Assembly (NCBI GenBank): GCA_040756875.1
Contig: JBFLYH010000002.1
Span: forward strand, 350,526 to 414,525
Direction of reading: 5' to 3'
Length of the DNA: 64,000 bases
Origin: a candidate division FCPU426 bacterium
Lineage (GTDB): Bacteria > Oederibacteriota > JAAXVQ01 > JAUVAV01
Position 1 is the first letter of the stretch, and each line of letters starts with the position of its first letter. Both the position numbers and the translations under genes were made by a program. The notes under the pieces were generated by a model. It was not told the origin of the DNA and made no database searches. It saw only the letters and a program-made list of their open reading frames with translations. Shown here piece after piece: positions 29,839 to 39,875 of the stretch.

Positions 29839-30924
29839 TCAACGGACGATCGCCACCTTGAGCGTGCTTCGCTCCTCCTGATTCACGAAAACACGCGCGA
29901 GATAAACCCCGGGCGCATACTGGCCGCACTGCCACTCGAGCGATCCCCGGCCCGCTCCCAAGCTGCCTTTGATTTCAGCCACTGTTTCTACATTGGCATT
30001 GCAAATGAGAATTTTCACCTCCGCGGGCTGCTCCAACCGGAATGAGAACGTCATTTTGTCCTTGGCCGGGTTGGGATAGGGCAAAACGAGCCGGTCCTGC
30101 AAGTTTTCACCCGTAGTGGTGGTGGCGGTGGTGGTGGCAGCAATGGTGGCGGCCGGACTGGATGTGGCAGTGGCAACCAGCGTGCTTACCGGAGTCCGCG
30201 TCGGCGTCACGACAGGTGTATCGGTCGGCGTCTCCGTTATCGTGGGGGTGTGGGTCATGGTGGCAGTGTCCCCCAGGGTGGCCGAAGCCGTGACGCTGGG
30301 TGTCGTGGTCGGCGTCGCAGTCCGAGATGACGTCGGAGTGAGGGTCGGGGAGGAGGTTAGCGTTGCCGTTCTGGTCCTAGTCGACGTCGAGGTGGGCGTG
30401 GGTGAAGGCAGTACGTCCAAGGCATAAATACTCATCCTAAACCCCGCGGACGATGCGCTCGGATACGGGCTTGGCAAGGCTGCAATTACCGTGCTCGAAT
30501 AGCGGGTCTTCCCCATGGTATCGGTGTAACCCGCGATGGTGACCGTGCTGGCGCTCGTCAGCAGGCAAAGCCAGTGTATCGAGCCGTTGACCACAGAAGT
30601 CCCCGGAATGGCAAAAACGTTCCACCCGCTGGTCAATGTCTGGCTGGAGCTCTGATTCATCATAAGGTCCGGCGTTTCGCGGCCGCTGCCGTCATCACGC
30701 GAAGTATAGATCGCCGCCCGGCCGGTCTCGCCGCCGTTCAGGGCCGAAACGTAAAAAAGAATGTAATTCACCACGCCCGTTTCGTTGCAGGTGAACATCG
30801 TCGCCGGCCCTTGATTGCTGTAGGTGATGCCCGCGGACCCGGCCGTATTCTCTCCCATGGTCAACGCCTGTGCCGACAACGCCAAACCCAAGATCGCACC
30901 CAAACACCCCGCCAGAATTCTCAT
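29839..30924 (-). CDS. Secreted protein with Thr/Pro linker and T9SS-type CTD
   Basis: Signal peptide; beta-rich domain; long TP linker; PYPNPA..APGVYLARV..KVAIVR. Confidence 0.8.
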   Translation of the reverse strand: MRILAGCLGAILGLALSAQALTMGENTAGSAGITYSNQGPATMFTCNETGVVNYILFYVSALNGGETGRAAIYTSRDDGSGRETPDLMMNQSSSQTLTSGWNVFAIPGTSVVNGSIHWLCLLTSASTVTIAGYTDTMGKTRYSSTVIAALPSPYPSASSAGFRMSIYALDVLPSPTPTSTSTRTRTATLTSSPTLTPTSSRTATPTTTPSVTASATLGDTATMTHTPTITETPTDTPVVTPTRTPVSTLVATATSSPAATIAATTTATTTTGENLQDRLVLPYPNPAKDKMTFSFRLEQPAEVKILICNANVETVAEIKGSLGAGRGSLEWQCGQYAPGVYLARVFVNQEERSTLKVAIVR

Positions 30925-31080
30925 TTCTCCACGTTCCTTTCCGCATAGATTTCCCCTCCAAACCCCCACTGCGGAATGAAGCGGATGACGCAGATAGAAA
31001 ATTCTATGCCCGAACAGGGATTTTTATCAAGCTGAAAGACGCAAGTGCGGTCCCTATTCCAGAACATCCCGGGCCTTTGT

Positions 31081-31830
31081 TTAAGCGGTTAAATAAGGCA
31101 GCAATAATTTTTCAAAGGTATATAAACCGGCCTCTTTGTCAGCGAGTTCCTTGGCCACGAAAATCGCGCCATTGCCGAAGGCTTCGCGCGTGATCGATTC
31201 GTGGATCAGCCGCACCGTTTGGTAGGGGAAGCCGAACATGATCTCGTGCCTTCCGATGATCCCGCCCGCGCGCACCGAAACAATATCCGAGTCCTCGATG
31301 CCCAGTTCGTGCGCGATCACTTTGGCGGTTCCCGAAACATCGAATTTTTCCTTGTAATGTTCCTCGGATATGACCACGTCCGTGTAGGGGGCGATTTTTT
31401 TCAATAGTTTCGCCGACAGGATCAGATAATTGATCCCCAGCGTGATGTTGGGCGACCAGAATACGGCCGTATGTTCCGAATACTTTTTCAGAAGCTCAAG
31501 CTTGTCCTCCGGATAATGCGAGATGGCGCTCAGGATCTTGACCTTCCGCCGCGCCGCCTCGGCGCCGTAATACTCGAGGCCGGTCTCCGACGAGAAATCG
31601 ATGATAATATCGACCGGATTATCGTCCAGGAGTTCGGCGATGCCCGTATGTTGGGACGAGAAGATCAGGCCGGGTTCCGGGGAGTATTCCCCGAGGAACT
31701 CAGGAACCGAACGATGCTCGAGCCGCGTGGACTGGCGCACGACCCATTCCAGGACGGTCTCCGATTTTCGCAGGAGCGTTGTTGCGACGGCTTTGCCGGT
31801 TTTGCCAAAACCTATCAATCCAACCTTCAT
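31081..31830 (-). CDS. dapB: 4-hydroxy-tetrahydrodipicolinate reductase-like protein
   Basis: GFGKTG, IDFS, SPN, EEH..K..SGTA, RAGGIIGRH and SREAF-like motifs. Confidence 0.8.
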   Translation of the reverse strand: MKVGLIGFGKTGKAVATTLLRKSETVLEWVVRQSTRLEHRSVPEFLGEYSPEPGLIFSSQHTGIAELLDDNPVDIIIDFSSETGLEYYGAEAARRKVKILSAISHYPEDKLELLKKYSEHTAVFWSPNITLGINYLILSAKLLKKIAPYTDVVISEEHYKEKFDVSGTAKVIAHELGIEDSDIVSVRAGGIIGRHEIMFGFPYQTVRLIHESITREAFGNGAIFVAKELADKEAGLYTFEKLLLPYLTA

Positions 31831-32091
31831 GTCAACCTCCGGGTCCCGCGGGGTTCGGTCCCGCGCCCCCCTCTCCGGAGACGCGGTCTTTTTAAAAATG
31901 AAACCCTCCCCTGGGTGTGAAGATAGCATTGTCCTGCCCAAGAGGAGGGTTGCACCAGACATGAATAAGTATAACCGAGCCAGAGACAAAAACGCAACTC
32001 GCCAGAAACATTCAGCTATATGGCATTTTGTTTAACCGGTGCTTGTTCAGGCCCCCGCACCGGCCAGGTCCCCGGGCGATGTGCAATCAGA

Positions 32092-32985
32092 CTACCTTTC
32101 CCCTGCAGTGTGCATTTGGATGAACCGGATGGTCTCGGCGATGATCGCTTTGGTCTTGGCATCGTCATTCAACATGTCAAACCCGTGTTTGCCTTGTTCA
32201 TGTACCAAATAAGTGACGGGGACGCCCTGGGCCCGGGCTTCCGCGACAAAGTGATCCATGCCCGCCGGTATCTCCCGTGTCATGTCCTTTCCCGCTTTGA
32301 CCACCAGGAGCGGCGGGAGTTTTTCCGGGTGGTTGCGCAATTGCATGACCGGCGAAAAATCCTCCAGATCTTGAGGAGACATGCCCCGGATAAAAGAGTG
32401 CGGCAGCACCGCCAGATCCAGCACGGCATAGTAGGCCACCAGGCAGGACAGATAATCCGGCTTGGCTTGGAGGACATTGGAAATGCAGGGCCCGCCGGCC
32501 GAAAAGACAAAGAGGCAGAGTTTTCGAGGATCAATGCCCAGGCGCCCGGATTCGGTCCGGATATGCGCGATGAGATCATCCACATCCTGTGCTTCCTGGC
32601 GGATATTCGCGAAGCTTATATTTCCGCGATGGTTGAAGGCGACGGCTTTTAAGCCGGAAGCGGCCAGCAACTGCCCGTAGGTTTCAAAGCATTTCCAGTC
32701 TTTGGCGTTCTCGATCATGAATTCCGGGCCGGCGCCGTGAACCAGGATAACCGCGGGAAGCCCATGGCCGGCAACCGCGTTCTTGGGCGAATACAGATCA
32801 AAGCAAAGCTCACGGTCAGGCAGGGTTTTGTAGACCTGGTTTTTATTGACCGCCACTTCTTCCATGCCCGGCACATTATAAAGCACGGGTTTACTCAGCA
32901 TATTGCGCACGTATAGGAATAAGCCGGCCGCGAACAGGGCCAGCCCAACTCCGATCACCGCCAGTATAATCATGACTTTCTTCAT
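32092..32985 (-). CDS. Alpha/beta hydrolase
   Basis: LVHG oxyanion motif; FSAGG nucleophile; HGFD; N-terminal TM segment. Confidence 0.85.
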   Translation of the reverse strand: MKKVMIILAVIGVGLALFAAGLFLYVRNMLSKPVLYNVPGMEEVAVNKNQVYKTLPDRELCFDLYSPKNAVAGHGLPAVILVHGAGPEFMIENAKDWKCFETYGQLLAASGLKAVAFNHRGNISFANIRQEAQDVDDLIAHIRTESGRLGIDPRKLCLFVFSAGGPCISNVLQAKPDYLSCLVAYYAVLDLAVLPHSFIRGMSPQDLEDFSPVMQLRNHPEKLPPLLVVKAGKDMTREIPAGMDHFVAEARAQGVPVTYLVHEQGKHGFDMLNDDAKTKAIIAETIRFIQMHTAGER

Positions 32986-33052
32986 GCTCCGCACCTCAAC
33001 CGGAAATCGTTTCAACGCCATGGTCCGACCAGCGCCGGAGTCCCCGCCGTGT

Positions 33053-35287
33053 TCAACGCGGGTTATTGTCGATTTCCAGGTTGATTTCCACCCGCCGGTT
33101 TTTGTCCTGGTCTGCAGAAACAGGTTTGCTTTTTCCGTAACCGACGACGTCAATGGCGGCGGAAGACAGCCCCTGTTCTTCCACCAAAAACCGCATGACC
33201 ATTTTGGCCCGCTTGTTCGACAATTCCAGGTTGTAGGGTTCATTGCCGATATCATCCGTATGCCCTTCGATCAGCAATTTGGCCTTTTTGCCCGGATAGG
33301 CCTTTATCAGCCTGGCAACCTCGGTGATCTTCTCGAACATTTCCGGCTTCAGTTCCGCCCGGTTAAAGTCGAACAAAACTCCCTCGATTTTCAAAAGCAG
33401 TTTTCCCGGTTTGGCGGTTTGGACTTTTACGGGAGTGGGACGGATCGGTTGCGCCTGCTGCCACACATTTCCCATCTGGTCCTGAAAGCGCAGAATGAAG
33501 CCGTATTCCTGCCGGGAGGAAACCGGGCGGCCCTGCTCGTCCTTGGAATCCCAACTGACTTTCTCCGGCAATTGTCCGCTGTGCGTGATGGATTTTATCA
33601 CCTTCCCGGTTGATTTATCCGTTATATCCAGGGACCACTCCTTCATTTTGACGGCTTTGGAACCCTCAAAACGGAAATGGACCTCTTCGTTGATGGCCAG
33701 GTCCTCGGAAGTCTTGGCCTTGCTTTCGGAGTCGGCGATGATCAAGGGCGCCCGGCTGGTGCTTTCATTGCCCAGTTTGTCCTTGTATTGCACGACAAAA
33801 TAAAAGCCTTTGCGCGCCACCATGGGCCGGTTCTTTTCATCCTGGCCGTTCCAACCCAGATCCTTGGGGATCGGGCCGACTCCGGTTTGCCTTTTAATCA
33901 GCCGGCCGTCCGGCGCCATCACCTTGAACTCCCATTCTTTCAGGTCGCTGACCTGCTTGGGGTTGAATCCCACCTGGCCGGCGTATATATCCCGCGGCAG
34001 CGCCTTTAATTTTGGCAGGCGGGTGATGGACACCGGCAAAATTTCGCCGGAACACAACGCATCATAGCCTTGCTGGTCCACGATCCGCAGGCGGTACTCA
34101 AAAGTCCCTTCCGCATCCGTCCGACGGCCTTGATCATCCAATCCGTCCCAGATGATCTCCGCCGGCAAATCCCCCCGTCCGGAGTATTTGCGCATGAGGC
34201 GCGCCTGGGAATCGCTGATTTTCAACTCCCACTGATCCAAGCCTGCCGCGGCGCTGGCGCGGGGCAGCCAATGGACCGTCCTGACCACCTGGCCGCCGGC
34301 GCCCAGGGATTGCTTGGTCAGCAGGGTCACTTCCAATTTCGGGCGCGCCAGCTGTTTTTGGTTGCCGAAATCGTAGCCCACGGAAATCCGGTGCACCATC
34401 CCCATGGAACTGAGCGGCGATATCGCGTAATCGAGATGGAGCCGCTGCCAGCGCAACCCCGCGCCCAAGGCCAGCCAATCTCCCACATCATTGTCTTTTT
34501 TCAACCCGCAACGCACTGCCAGGAACTGTTGGTACCAAAATTCCATGCCGGCAGTCAAAGCCGGTTTGCCTTGAAACGGCGCGATGGCGTCCGCGGCCAA
34601 GGTCAGGGTGCAAATTTCTCCCGGCCAAAACTGATAGGCCGCGCCGATCCCGCCTTCCATGGGCATGGAGTCCCTGGCTTCCACGAAGGCCGTGGCGACT
34701 CCCAGATTTCTGGCGACCGCAGCCAGGGTCAGCTGGTCGTTCAGCGCGAAACACTTGACCCCCACATCCACAGCCGCCGCGCTGGCCTGGTCTTGCGTCA
34801 GGCGGGACAGGATATATTTCAGTCCGCCGCTCAGGGCCATAAAACGCTGAATTTTCAGGATATAGCTGGCACTTCCCACCAGGCCTTGCGCGTGGGCCGA
34901 AGGCAGGGAATCATCCGCCGTGCTGTTAAAAGGGGGCAAATTGAAATAGGCGACGTTCAGTCCTGCGAACTGGTTTTCGCCGATGGGCAATCCCGCCCAC
35001 AGGGCGTCATAGGTAACGCCCTCCCAGTAAACCAAGTGGCTGAAACCGATCTGAGGGCTCAGCAAACCCGCCGCCCCGGCGGGATTGCTGTAAAGCGATT
35101 CTGCGTCGTCGCCGTTCGCCAAATAGGTTCCGGCCAGGCCGGCGCTCCGGGCTCCGGGGTGCAGGCGGATAAACTCCATTCCGGTCGTGCCTTCCCCGGC
35201 CCACGCCTGGGCGCCGGCCAGGCAAAAAAGCCCGGTCGCCAGCATCCGGCGGATGAATTCGCTTTTACGGCGATCGCCCGGTTTCAT
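33053..35287 (-). CDS. PorV-like barrel fused to three FlgD-like Ig modules and an OmpA PG-binding domain
   Basis: GARSAGLAG..DDAESLYSNPAG; three W..I...W(D/N)..D repeats; EGHTD..N..LS..RA..NRRVE; ATGA overlap with the upstream gene. Confidence 0.85.
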   Translation of the reverse strand: MKPGDRRKSEFIRRMLATGLFCLAGAQAWAGEGTTGMEFIRLHPGARSAGLAGTYLANGDDAESLYSNPAGAAGLLSPQIGFSHLVYWEGVTYDALWAGLPIGENQFAGLNVAYFNLPPFNSTADDSLPSAHAQGLVGSASYILKIQRFMALSGGLKYILSRLTQDQASAAAVDVGVKCFALNDQLTLAAVARNLGVATAFVEARDSMPMEGGIGAAYQFWPGEICTLTLAADAIAPFQGKPALTAGMEFWYQQFLAVRCGLKKDNDVGDWLALGAGLRWQRLHLDYAISPLSSMGMVHRISVGYDFGNQKQLARPKLEVTLLTKQSLGAGGQVVRTVHWLPRASAAAGLDQWELKISDSQARLMRKYSGRGDLPAEIIWDGLDDQGRRTDAEGTFEYRLRIVDQQGYDALCSGEILPVSITRLPKLKALPRDIYAGQVGFNPKQVSDLKEWEFKVMAPDGRLIKRQTGVGPIPKDLGWNGQDEKNRPMVARKGFYFVVQYKDKLGNESTSRAPLIIADSESKAKTSEDLAINEEVHFRFEGSKAVKMKEWSLDITDKSTGKVIKSITHSGQLPEKVSWDSKDEQGRPVSSRQEYGFILRFQDQMGNVWQQAQPIRPTPVKVQTAKPGKLLLKIEGVLFDFNRAELKPEMFEKITEVARLIKAYPGKKAKLLIEGHTDDIGNEPYNLELSNKRAKMVMRFLVEEQGLSSAAIDVVGYGKSKPVSADQDKNRRVEINLEIDNNPR

Positions 35288-37548
35288 CGGCTGACGATCA
35301 CTTTGCGCACGATCCGTTTCCGGTCGGTTTCGAACACAACGAAATAAACCCCAGAAGCCACCTCTTCCCTGCTTTCGTTCCGCCCGTTCCAAGTCAGGTT
35401 GAAATATCCGCCGCTAGCGCTCTCGACCGCCTGGGCCCAGACTTTCCGGCCCAGCAACGTGTAAATCGAAACCCAGCCTCTCTCCCCGGCCAGCAGTCCG
35501 ACCTGCAGCGTCAGGGGCTCCCGCCGCGGATAAAACTGGTTTTTATCCAAATAAAACATGGTCGAGGGCGTGGGGGTTGAGGTGGGCGGCAGGGTGGGCG
35601 TAATCGTCGAAGTCGGTGTGACAGTATAGGTTACCGTGATGGTGGGCGTGATCGTAAAGGTCTCTGTCACCGTGCGGGTCGAGGTAATGGTCAGGCTGGC
35701 GGTCGCTGTCCGCGATGCTGTCCGGGTGGGGGTAATCGTGGGCGTGTCCGTACAGGTCGGAGTGCAGGTCAGGGTGGCGGAGGCGGAAGAAGTGGGCGTC
35801 AAGGTGGGGGATGCGGTCAGAGTCCCCGTGGGGAGCGGAGTATGCGTTGAAGTTGAGGTAATGGTTCGGGTCGAGGTCACACTCGGAGTGTCCGTAAGTG
35901 TAACAGACGGCGTTGAGGTCGCGGTGACGGTCCGGGTTGGGGTCACGCTCGGAGTGGCGGTGGGCGTATGCGTCGGCGTCGGGGTGGGGGTGGAGGTCCT
36001 GGTTGAAGTCGCGCTCGGAGTGGACGAGGGGGTAAAGGTCGGCGTCGGGGTGGCGGTTAACGTGGGGGTGTTGGTGCTGGTCTGCGTCCGCGTCCGGGTG
36101 GGGGTGAAGGTGGCAGTCCCCGGTACAATCAGCGTAATGGCGGCTTCCCGGTAATGCATGACGCCGCCGGTGTTGTTGGCGCCCGCATCCTCCCAGAACC
36201 AGATCCGCACGGTTTTGCTGCCGCCTCCGGCGGTCAGGGTGGCATTCACCAGGAGCGGATCAGACCGGTTGAAGGTATCATTGCTCCAGCGCCGGTTGCC
36301 GGTGGAAATCCACTCGTTAAAAACCGCGTTGGCGCCGGAGGTGACCGGGAAATAATAGTTCACCAGATCAGAGGCGCCGTCCACCCGGACAAAATGGGCG
36401 TTAGGCAGGCTCCACTCCAGTTCCACTGTGGTTGAATTGGTGGTGGGGGCGCCGTTGTTGATCTGCAAAAAAGTCATGGAGGCGTCCGTTAATTGGTAGT
36501 ATTGATTGTTGCTTAACGTGGACACGGTGTACAGGCGCTGGCGTTCGGTGTCCAGAGCGATCCCGCCAATGTAACTGCCGCTAAAGGTATAGTTGACGCC
36601 CGACGGGATGCCGGTGGCGGTATCCAAAGGCAGATAACCCAAGGCCATGGCAGCTGAATTAATGCCGAAATAAAGCACGCTGCGGGCCGCATCGAGGCAC
36701 AGGGCTTGAATGTTGTTAACGCCGATGGAAAAACCGTTGAATCCGGCCAGCACTTCGCCGCTGCTGTTCAGGGAAAAAGTGTAGACCGTGCTGTTGGAAT
36801 TGCAGGAAAGATAAAGCTTGTTGCGGAACGTGTCCAGGGCCAGCGCGTTGGCGTTGGTTCCGCTGTGCGTCTGGGGCGAATTGATGCTGGCGATATCGCC
36901 ATTGGCGTCCAGTGTGCACGTTCCCACCTGGTTTCCGGCGTATGCCAAATACAACCTGTTCCTGGCGGCATCCAGGGCCAGCGCTGTCACGGGCCCGATG
37001 GCTTGCAAAGCGTAGGTACTCACATCCCCGGACGAATTCAAGGTGACGACCGCCAACCCATTGGTGGCGTCCGCCAGCCCAACGTATAAACGGTTACGCT
37101 GGGCGTCCAAGGCCAGCGCCTGGGCGACCGAGTTCGACATATTGAGGTTGGTAGTCGAGCCGGTGATGTTCCCTGCGCTGTCCAAATTCACGGTATAAAT
37201 TTCAGGCGCGGCTGCGGCGGCATTGCTGGCCAGATACAGGCGGTTGCGCTGGGCGTCCAGGGACAGGCAAAGCGTGCCATTGCCGATGCTGTTGCTGTAC
37301 ACGGTCGTGGTGGTATCGCCGCTGCTGTCCAACACGATGGTCCGGATATTGTTCGTGGCGCTGTTTATTCCGACGTACAACCGGTTACGGAAGGTATCCA
37401 AGGCCAGGCTTCTGGCCGAGGTGCTGAGATAGGTTTTTGGCACAGCGGGATCCGCTGAAGCTGCCCGCGCCAGCCAGAACGTTCCCGCCGCCAAAAAGGC
37501 GCCGGCAAGAAAGGCTTGCCTCCAGGTATTGCGCTCGTGAAAAATCAT
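35284..37548 (-). CDS. Seven-bladed propeller secreted protein with TP linker and FlgD/T9SS-type CTD
   Basis: Seven ALALDxxRNRLY-type repeats; IYTLLGRKV..WNGRN..VASGVY..KVIVSR. Confidence 0.8.
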   Translation of the reverse strand: MIFHERNTWRQAFLAGAFLAAGTFWLARAASADPAVPKTYLSTSARSLALDTFRNRLYVGINSATNNIRTIVLDSSGDTTTTVYSNSIGNGTLCLSLDAQRNRLYLASNAAAAAPEIYTVNLDSAGNITGSTTNLNMSNSVAQALALDAQRNRLYVGLADATNGLAVVTLNSSGDVSTYALQAIGPVTALALDAARNRLYLAYAGNQVGTCTLDANGDIASINSPQTHSGTNANALALDTFRNKLYLSCNSNSTVYTFSLNSSGEVLAGFNGFSIGVNNIQALCLDAARSVLYFGINSAAMALGYLPLDTATGIPSGVNYTFSGSYIGGIALDTERQRLYTVSTLSNNQYYQLTDASMTFLQINNGAPTTNSTTVELEWSLPNAHFVRVDGASDLVNYYFPVTSGANAVFNEWISTGNRRWSNDTFNRSDPLLVNATLTAGGGSKTVRIWFWEDAGANNTGGVMHYREAAITLIVPGTATFTPTRTRTQTSTNTPTLTATPTPTFTPSSTPSATSTRTSTPTPTPTHTPTATPSVTPTRTVTATSTPSVTLTDTPSVTSTRTITSTSTHTPLPTGTLTASPTLTPTSSASATLTCTPTCTDTPTITPTRTASRTATASLTITSTRTVTETFTITPTITVTYTVTPTSTITPTLPPTSTPTPSTMFYLDKNQFYPRREPLTLQVGLLAGERGWVSIYTLLGRKVWAQAVESASGGYFNLTWNGRNESREEVASGVYFVVFETDRKRIVRKVIVSR

Positions 37549-37885
37549 TTTTCCCCCACAGGTCAAACCTCTCACGTCTAATTATTTTAACACACATTTT
37601 TCGCAATTTAGAGCCACAAGGGCCTGGCTTTTATTAGCTGGTTTTCGTTGAATGGCGCTGCCGACGCGTAGCAGGCCGTCACTCGTCGACCGGGATGGTG
37701 ACGATGGGGTTGTAAATAAACGTAGTACTGAAAACCGAATACTTATTACGGATGCTGTTTTGGCCGTCAGGAGGGGTGGAAAGCGGAGGACATCGCCCTT
37801 TGGATGAAGGACTCATTGGGACGCTTTACTTATTTATACCGAAACGAGTCTGGCGTTCACCGATTTATTTAAACGACGTCCGTAT

Positions 37886-38776
37886 TTAAAACAGCCCGTC
37901 GAATTCAGAACTCGGCAGGCCGACAACCAGCGGCGTGGCAAAGATGAGCTTGTTCTTCCCGTCTACGCTTTTAATCATTGCCAAACCCGCAAACACGCTT
38001 TGCCTGCTCCCGAATTGATCAAAGGCCGTGGAGGTGGTCACCCACTTCGGGTCAATCGTCATAACCACTTTCCACTCGGCTATTTTGCAGTATATATGCG
38101 GGTCTTTTTTAAGGTCCCCTGCTATCTTTAATGGCTTTTCCGCGTCATCCATCCGGATATTTTTAGTCCTAAACGCCCTTTCAAAAGCCACGATGTGCCC
38201 CAGGCTTTCTTCCGCGTAGTCAACCGCCGCTTCGATTTCCAAGACGTTTTGATCGATCGTGGAGAGTATCCTTTGAAACTGGACCATAACCCTTGCCAGT
38301 TCAATGCCCAGGGAATGCAGGGATTTAATTCCTGCCAAGGATTTTTCGTCCAGGGCATATCCGCGCATGCCGGACAGCATGGCCAGGCGGGGGATATTCA
38401 GGTAAAACAGGGTGCTTAGGTTGTACGTCCAGGGTTTGCACTTTTCCGTTATAGAATCCACCCGCAGTTCATGCTCTTTTTTGATGTTTCTCAGTACTTC
38501 TGCGGTGTATTTCCCCGGGTCATTGTCAACAATATCATGGCAAGTCGGGCACAATAGTATCCAGTTTTCATAGGTGTCAATTTTGTCCGGGGGGTAGGCG
38601 GCGTCAGCCCGCGGCCCGTTTTCGCCCCGGGCGATAATATGCGCTATCTTCCCGATTTGCCCTGGTCCGTCATCATCAGACAGCACCAACTCCCGGTTGC
38701 ACGTTGGGAACGAGCATTTGCCGGCTGCTCTCCCGTATAGCCTTTTAACATCAGCGCTCGGATATTTTCGTTTCAT
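37886..38776 (-). CDS. HNH endonuclease with unknown C-terminal domain
   Basis: CSFPTC..AHI..GPR..NWILLCPTCH..VD. Confidence 0.8.
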   Translation of the reverse strand: MKRKYPSADVKRLYGRAAGKCSFPTCNRELVLSDDDGPGQIGKIAHIIARGENGPRADAAYPPDKIDTYENWILLCPTCHDIVDNDPGKYTAEVLRNIKKEHELRVDSITEKCKPWTYNLSTLFYLNIPRLAMLSGMRGYALDEKSLAGIKSLHSLGIELARVMVQFQRILSTIDQNVLEIEAAVDYAEESLGHIVAFERAFRTKNIRMDDAEKPLKIAGDLKKDPHIYCKIAEWKVVMTIDPKWVTTSTAFDQFGSRQSVFAGLAMIKSVDGKNKLIFATPLVVGLPSSEFDGLF

Positions 38777-38871
38777 CGGATGGCTATCAAACCTCTTTTA
38801 TTCATCAAGCCGTATTTGCTGAAACAATCCCGGCATCGGCTATTTTAATCGTTCAAGAACGTCCCGGCGCA

Positions 38872-39195
38872 TTACGCATGGGTGTGCGTATGCTGGCCAA
38901 TGGACTGTATGAGCATATATTGATCCTGTCCTTTGTGGGAGTGCTGTATTCTGGCCATTTCCAGGTCGTATTTCGCCTGCAAGTTCATCCAAAATTCCGG
39001 CGAATTGCCGAAATAGCGCCCGAGTCGCAAGGCAGTATCCGCGGTCACCGCCCGTTTTCCCCGCAGGATTTCACTGATTCGGATACAGGGAACTTTAATG
39101 TCTTTCGCCAGACGATACTGGGTGATCTTCAACGGTTTGAGAAATTCCTCCGCCAGTATCTCGCCAGGATGGATTGGCAATATTTTTTTATTCAT
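38872..39195 (-). CDS. higA: HigA antitoxin
   Basis: IHPGEILAEEFL, TADTALRL and FWMNLQ motifs. Confidence 0.93.
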   Translation of the reverse strand: MNKKILPIHPGEILAEEFLKPLKITQYRLAKDIKVPCIRISEILRGKRAVTADTALRLGRYFGNSPEFWMNLQAKYDLEMARIQHSHKGQDQYMLIQSIGQHTHTHA

Positions 39196-39199
39196 GGTT

Positions 39200-39487
39200 T
39201 TATCCTCTGTGATAATCAATGATTTCTACGTTATAGGCGCAATGATCCTGCCATTGAAAACATATGCGGTATTGTCGGTTGATCCTGATGTTGTACCAGC
39301 CCAGCCGGTCGCCTTTAAGCGCTTCCGGCCGATTGCCGGGCGGAACCGCCAGATCATTTAAATCAAGTGCGGCATCCAGCATCCACAGTTTTCTCATGGC
39401 CGTACGCTGGATATCGTAGGGAAGTTTCCGCGAGATTTCACCCTTGAATATCCCGCTGGTTTGCTTGCATTTAAAGCTCTTTATCAT
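39200..39487 (-). CDS. higB: HigB toxin (RelE family)
   Basis: MIKSF..PPGNR.EALKGDR..IRINRQYRICF..DYH. Confidence 0.93.
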   Translation of the reverse strand: MIKSFKCKQTSGIFKGEISRKLPYDIQRTAMRKLWMLDAALDLNDLAVPPGNRPEALKGDRLGWYNIRINRQYRICFQWQDHCAYNVEIIDYHRG

Positions 39488-39629
39488 AATATTATCACTT
39501 CCCGTTATTATCGTCTAGCGTTATTATCATTTGATTATGAAGGTCTACTATTCGTTAGGAGATTGGACAGGTTTTAGCGAATTTTCATGCGGGATTTTGA
39601 ATAAAGTGGGATCACGCCACTTCTACTGT

Positions 39630-39832
39630 GGAGCCCCCCGAGCATGCTCGGGGCACCTCTCCTGCCATGCGTTTTGCAGCATGGCAGGCGGCGACATCCC
39701 CGGAGCAGGTGTATAAATATCCCCGGGCATGCCCGGGGCCTGCGCAGGGGGTCAACTGTTCTGCTGCTCACCTGCCCTGCCCAACACAGGGTGTGAGCCG
39801 GGACATTTCGACAACTAAACAACGTCCCCAAT
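39630..39832. repeat. REP-like palindromic cluster
   Basis: CCCCGAGCATGCTCGGGG (39636-39653), CCCCGGGCATGCCCGGGG (39721-39738), CCTGCCATGC/GCATGGCAGG hairpin, and an inverted copy of the 47986-48233 repeat core at 39801-39832. Confidence 0.7.
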
Positions 39833-39875
39833 TACAGCCTCTTGATCGGCAACCCATAATAGGTTTCCTCGATCT

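Noticed and set aside
35570-36120. Thr/Pro-rich low-complexity DNA (also near 2900, 3430, 5580, 6700, 8470 and 30120) and antisense Val/Gly ORFs
   Set aside because: Explained as protein linkers with varied codons; not independent repeats or genes
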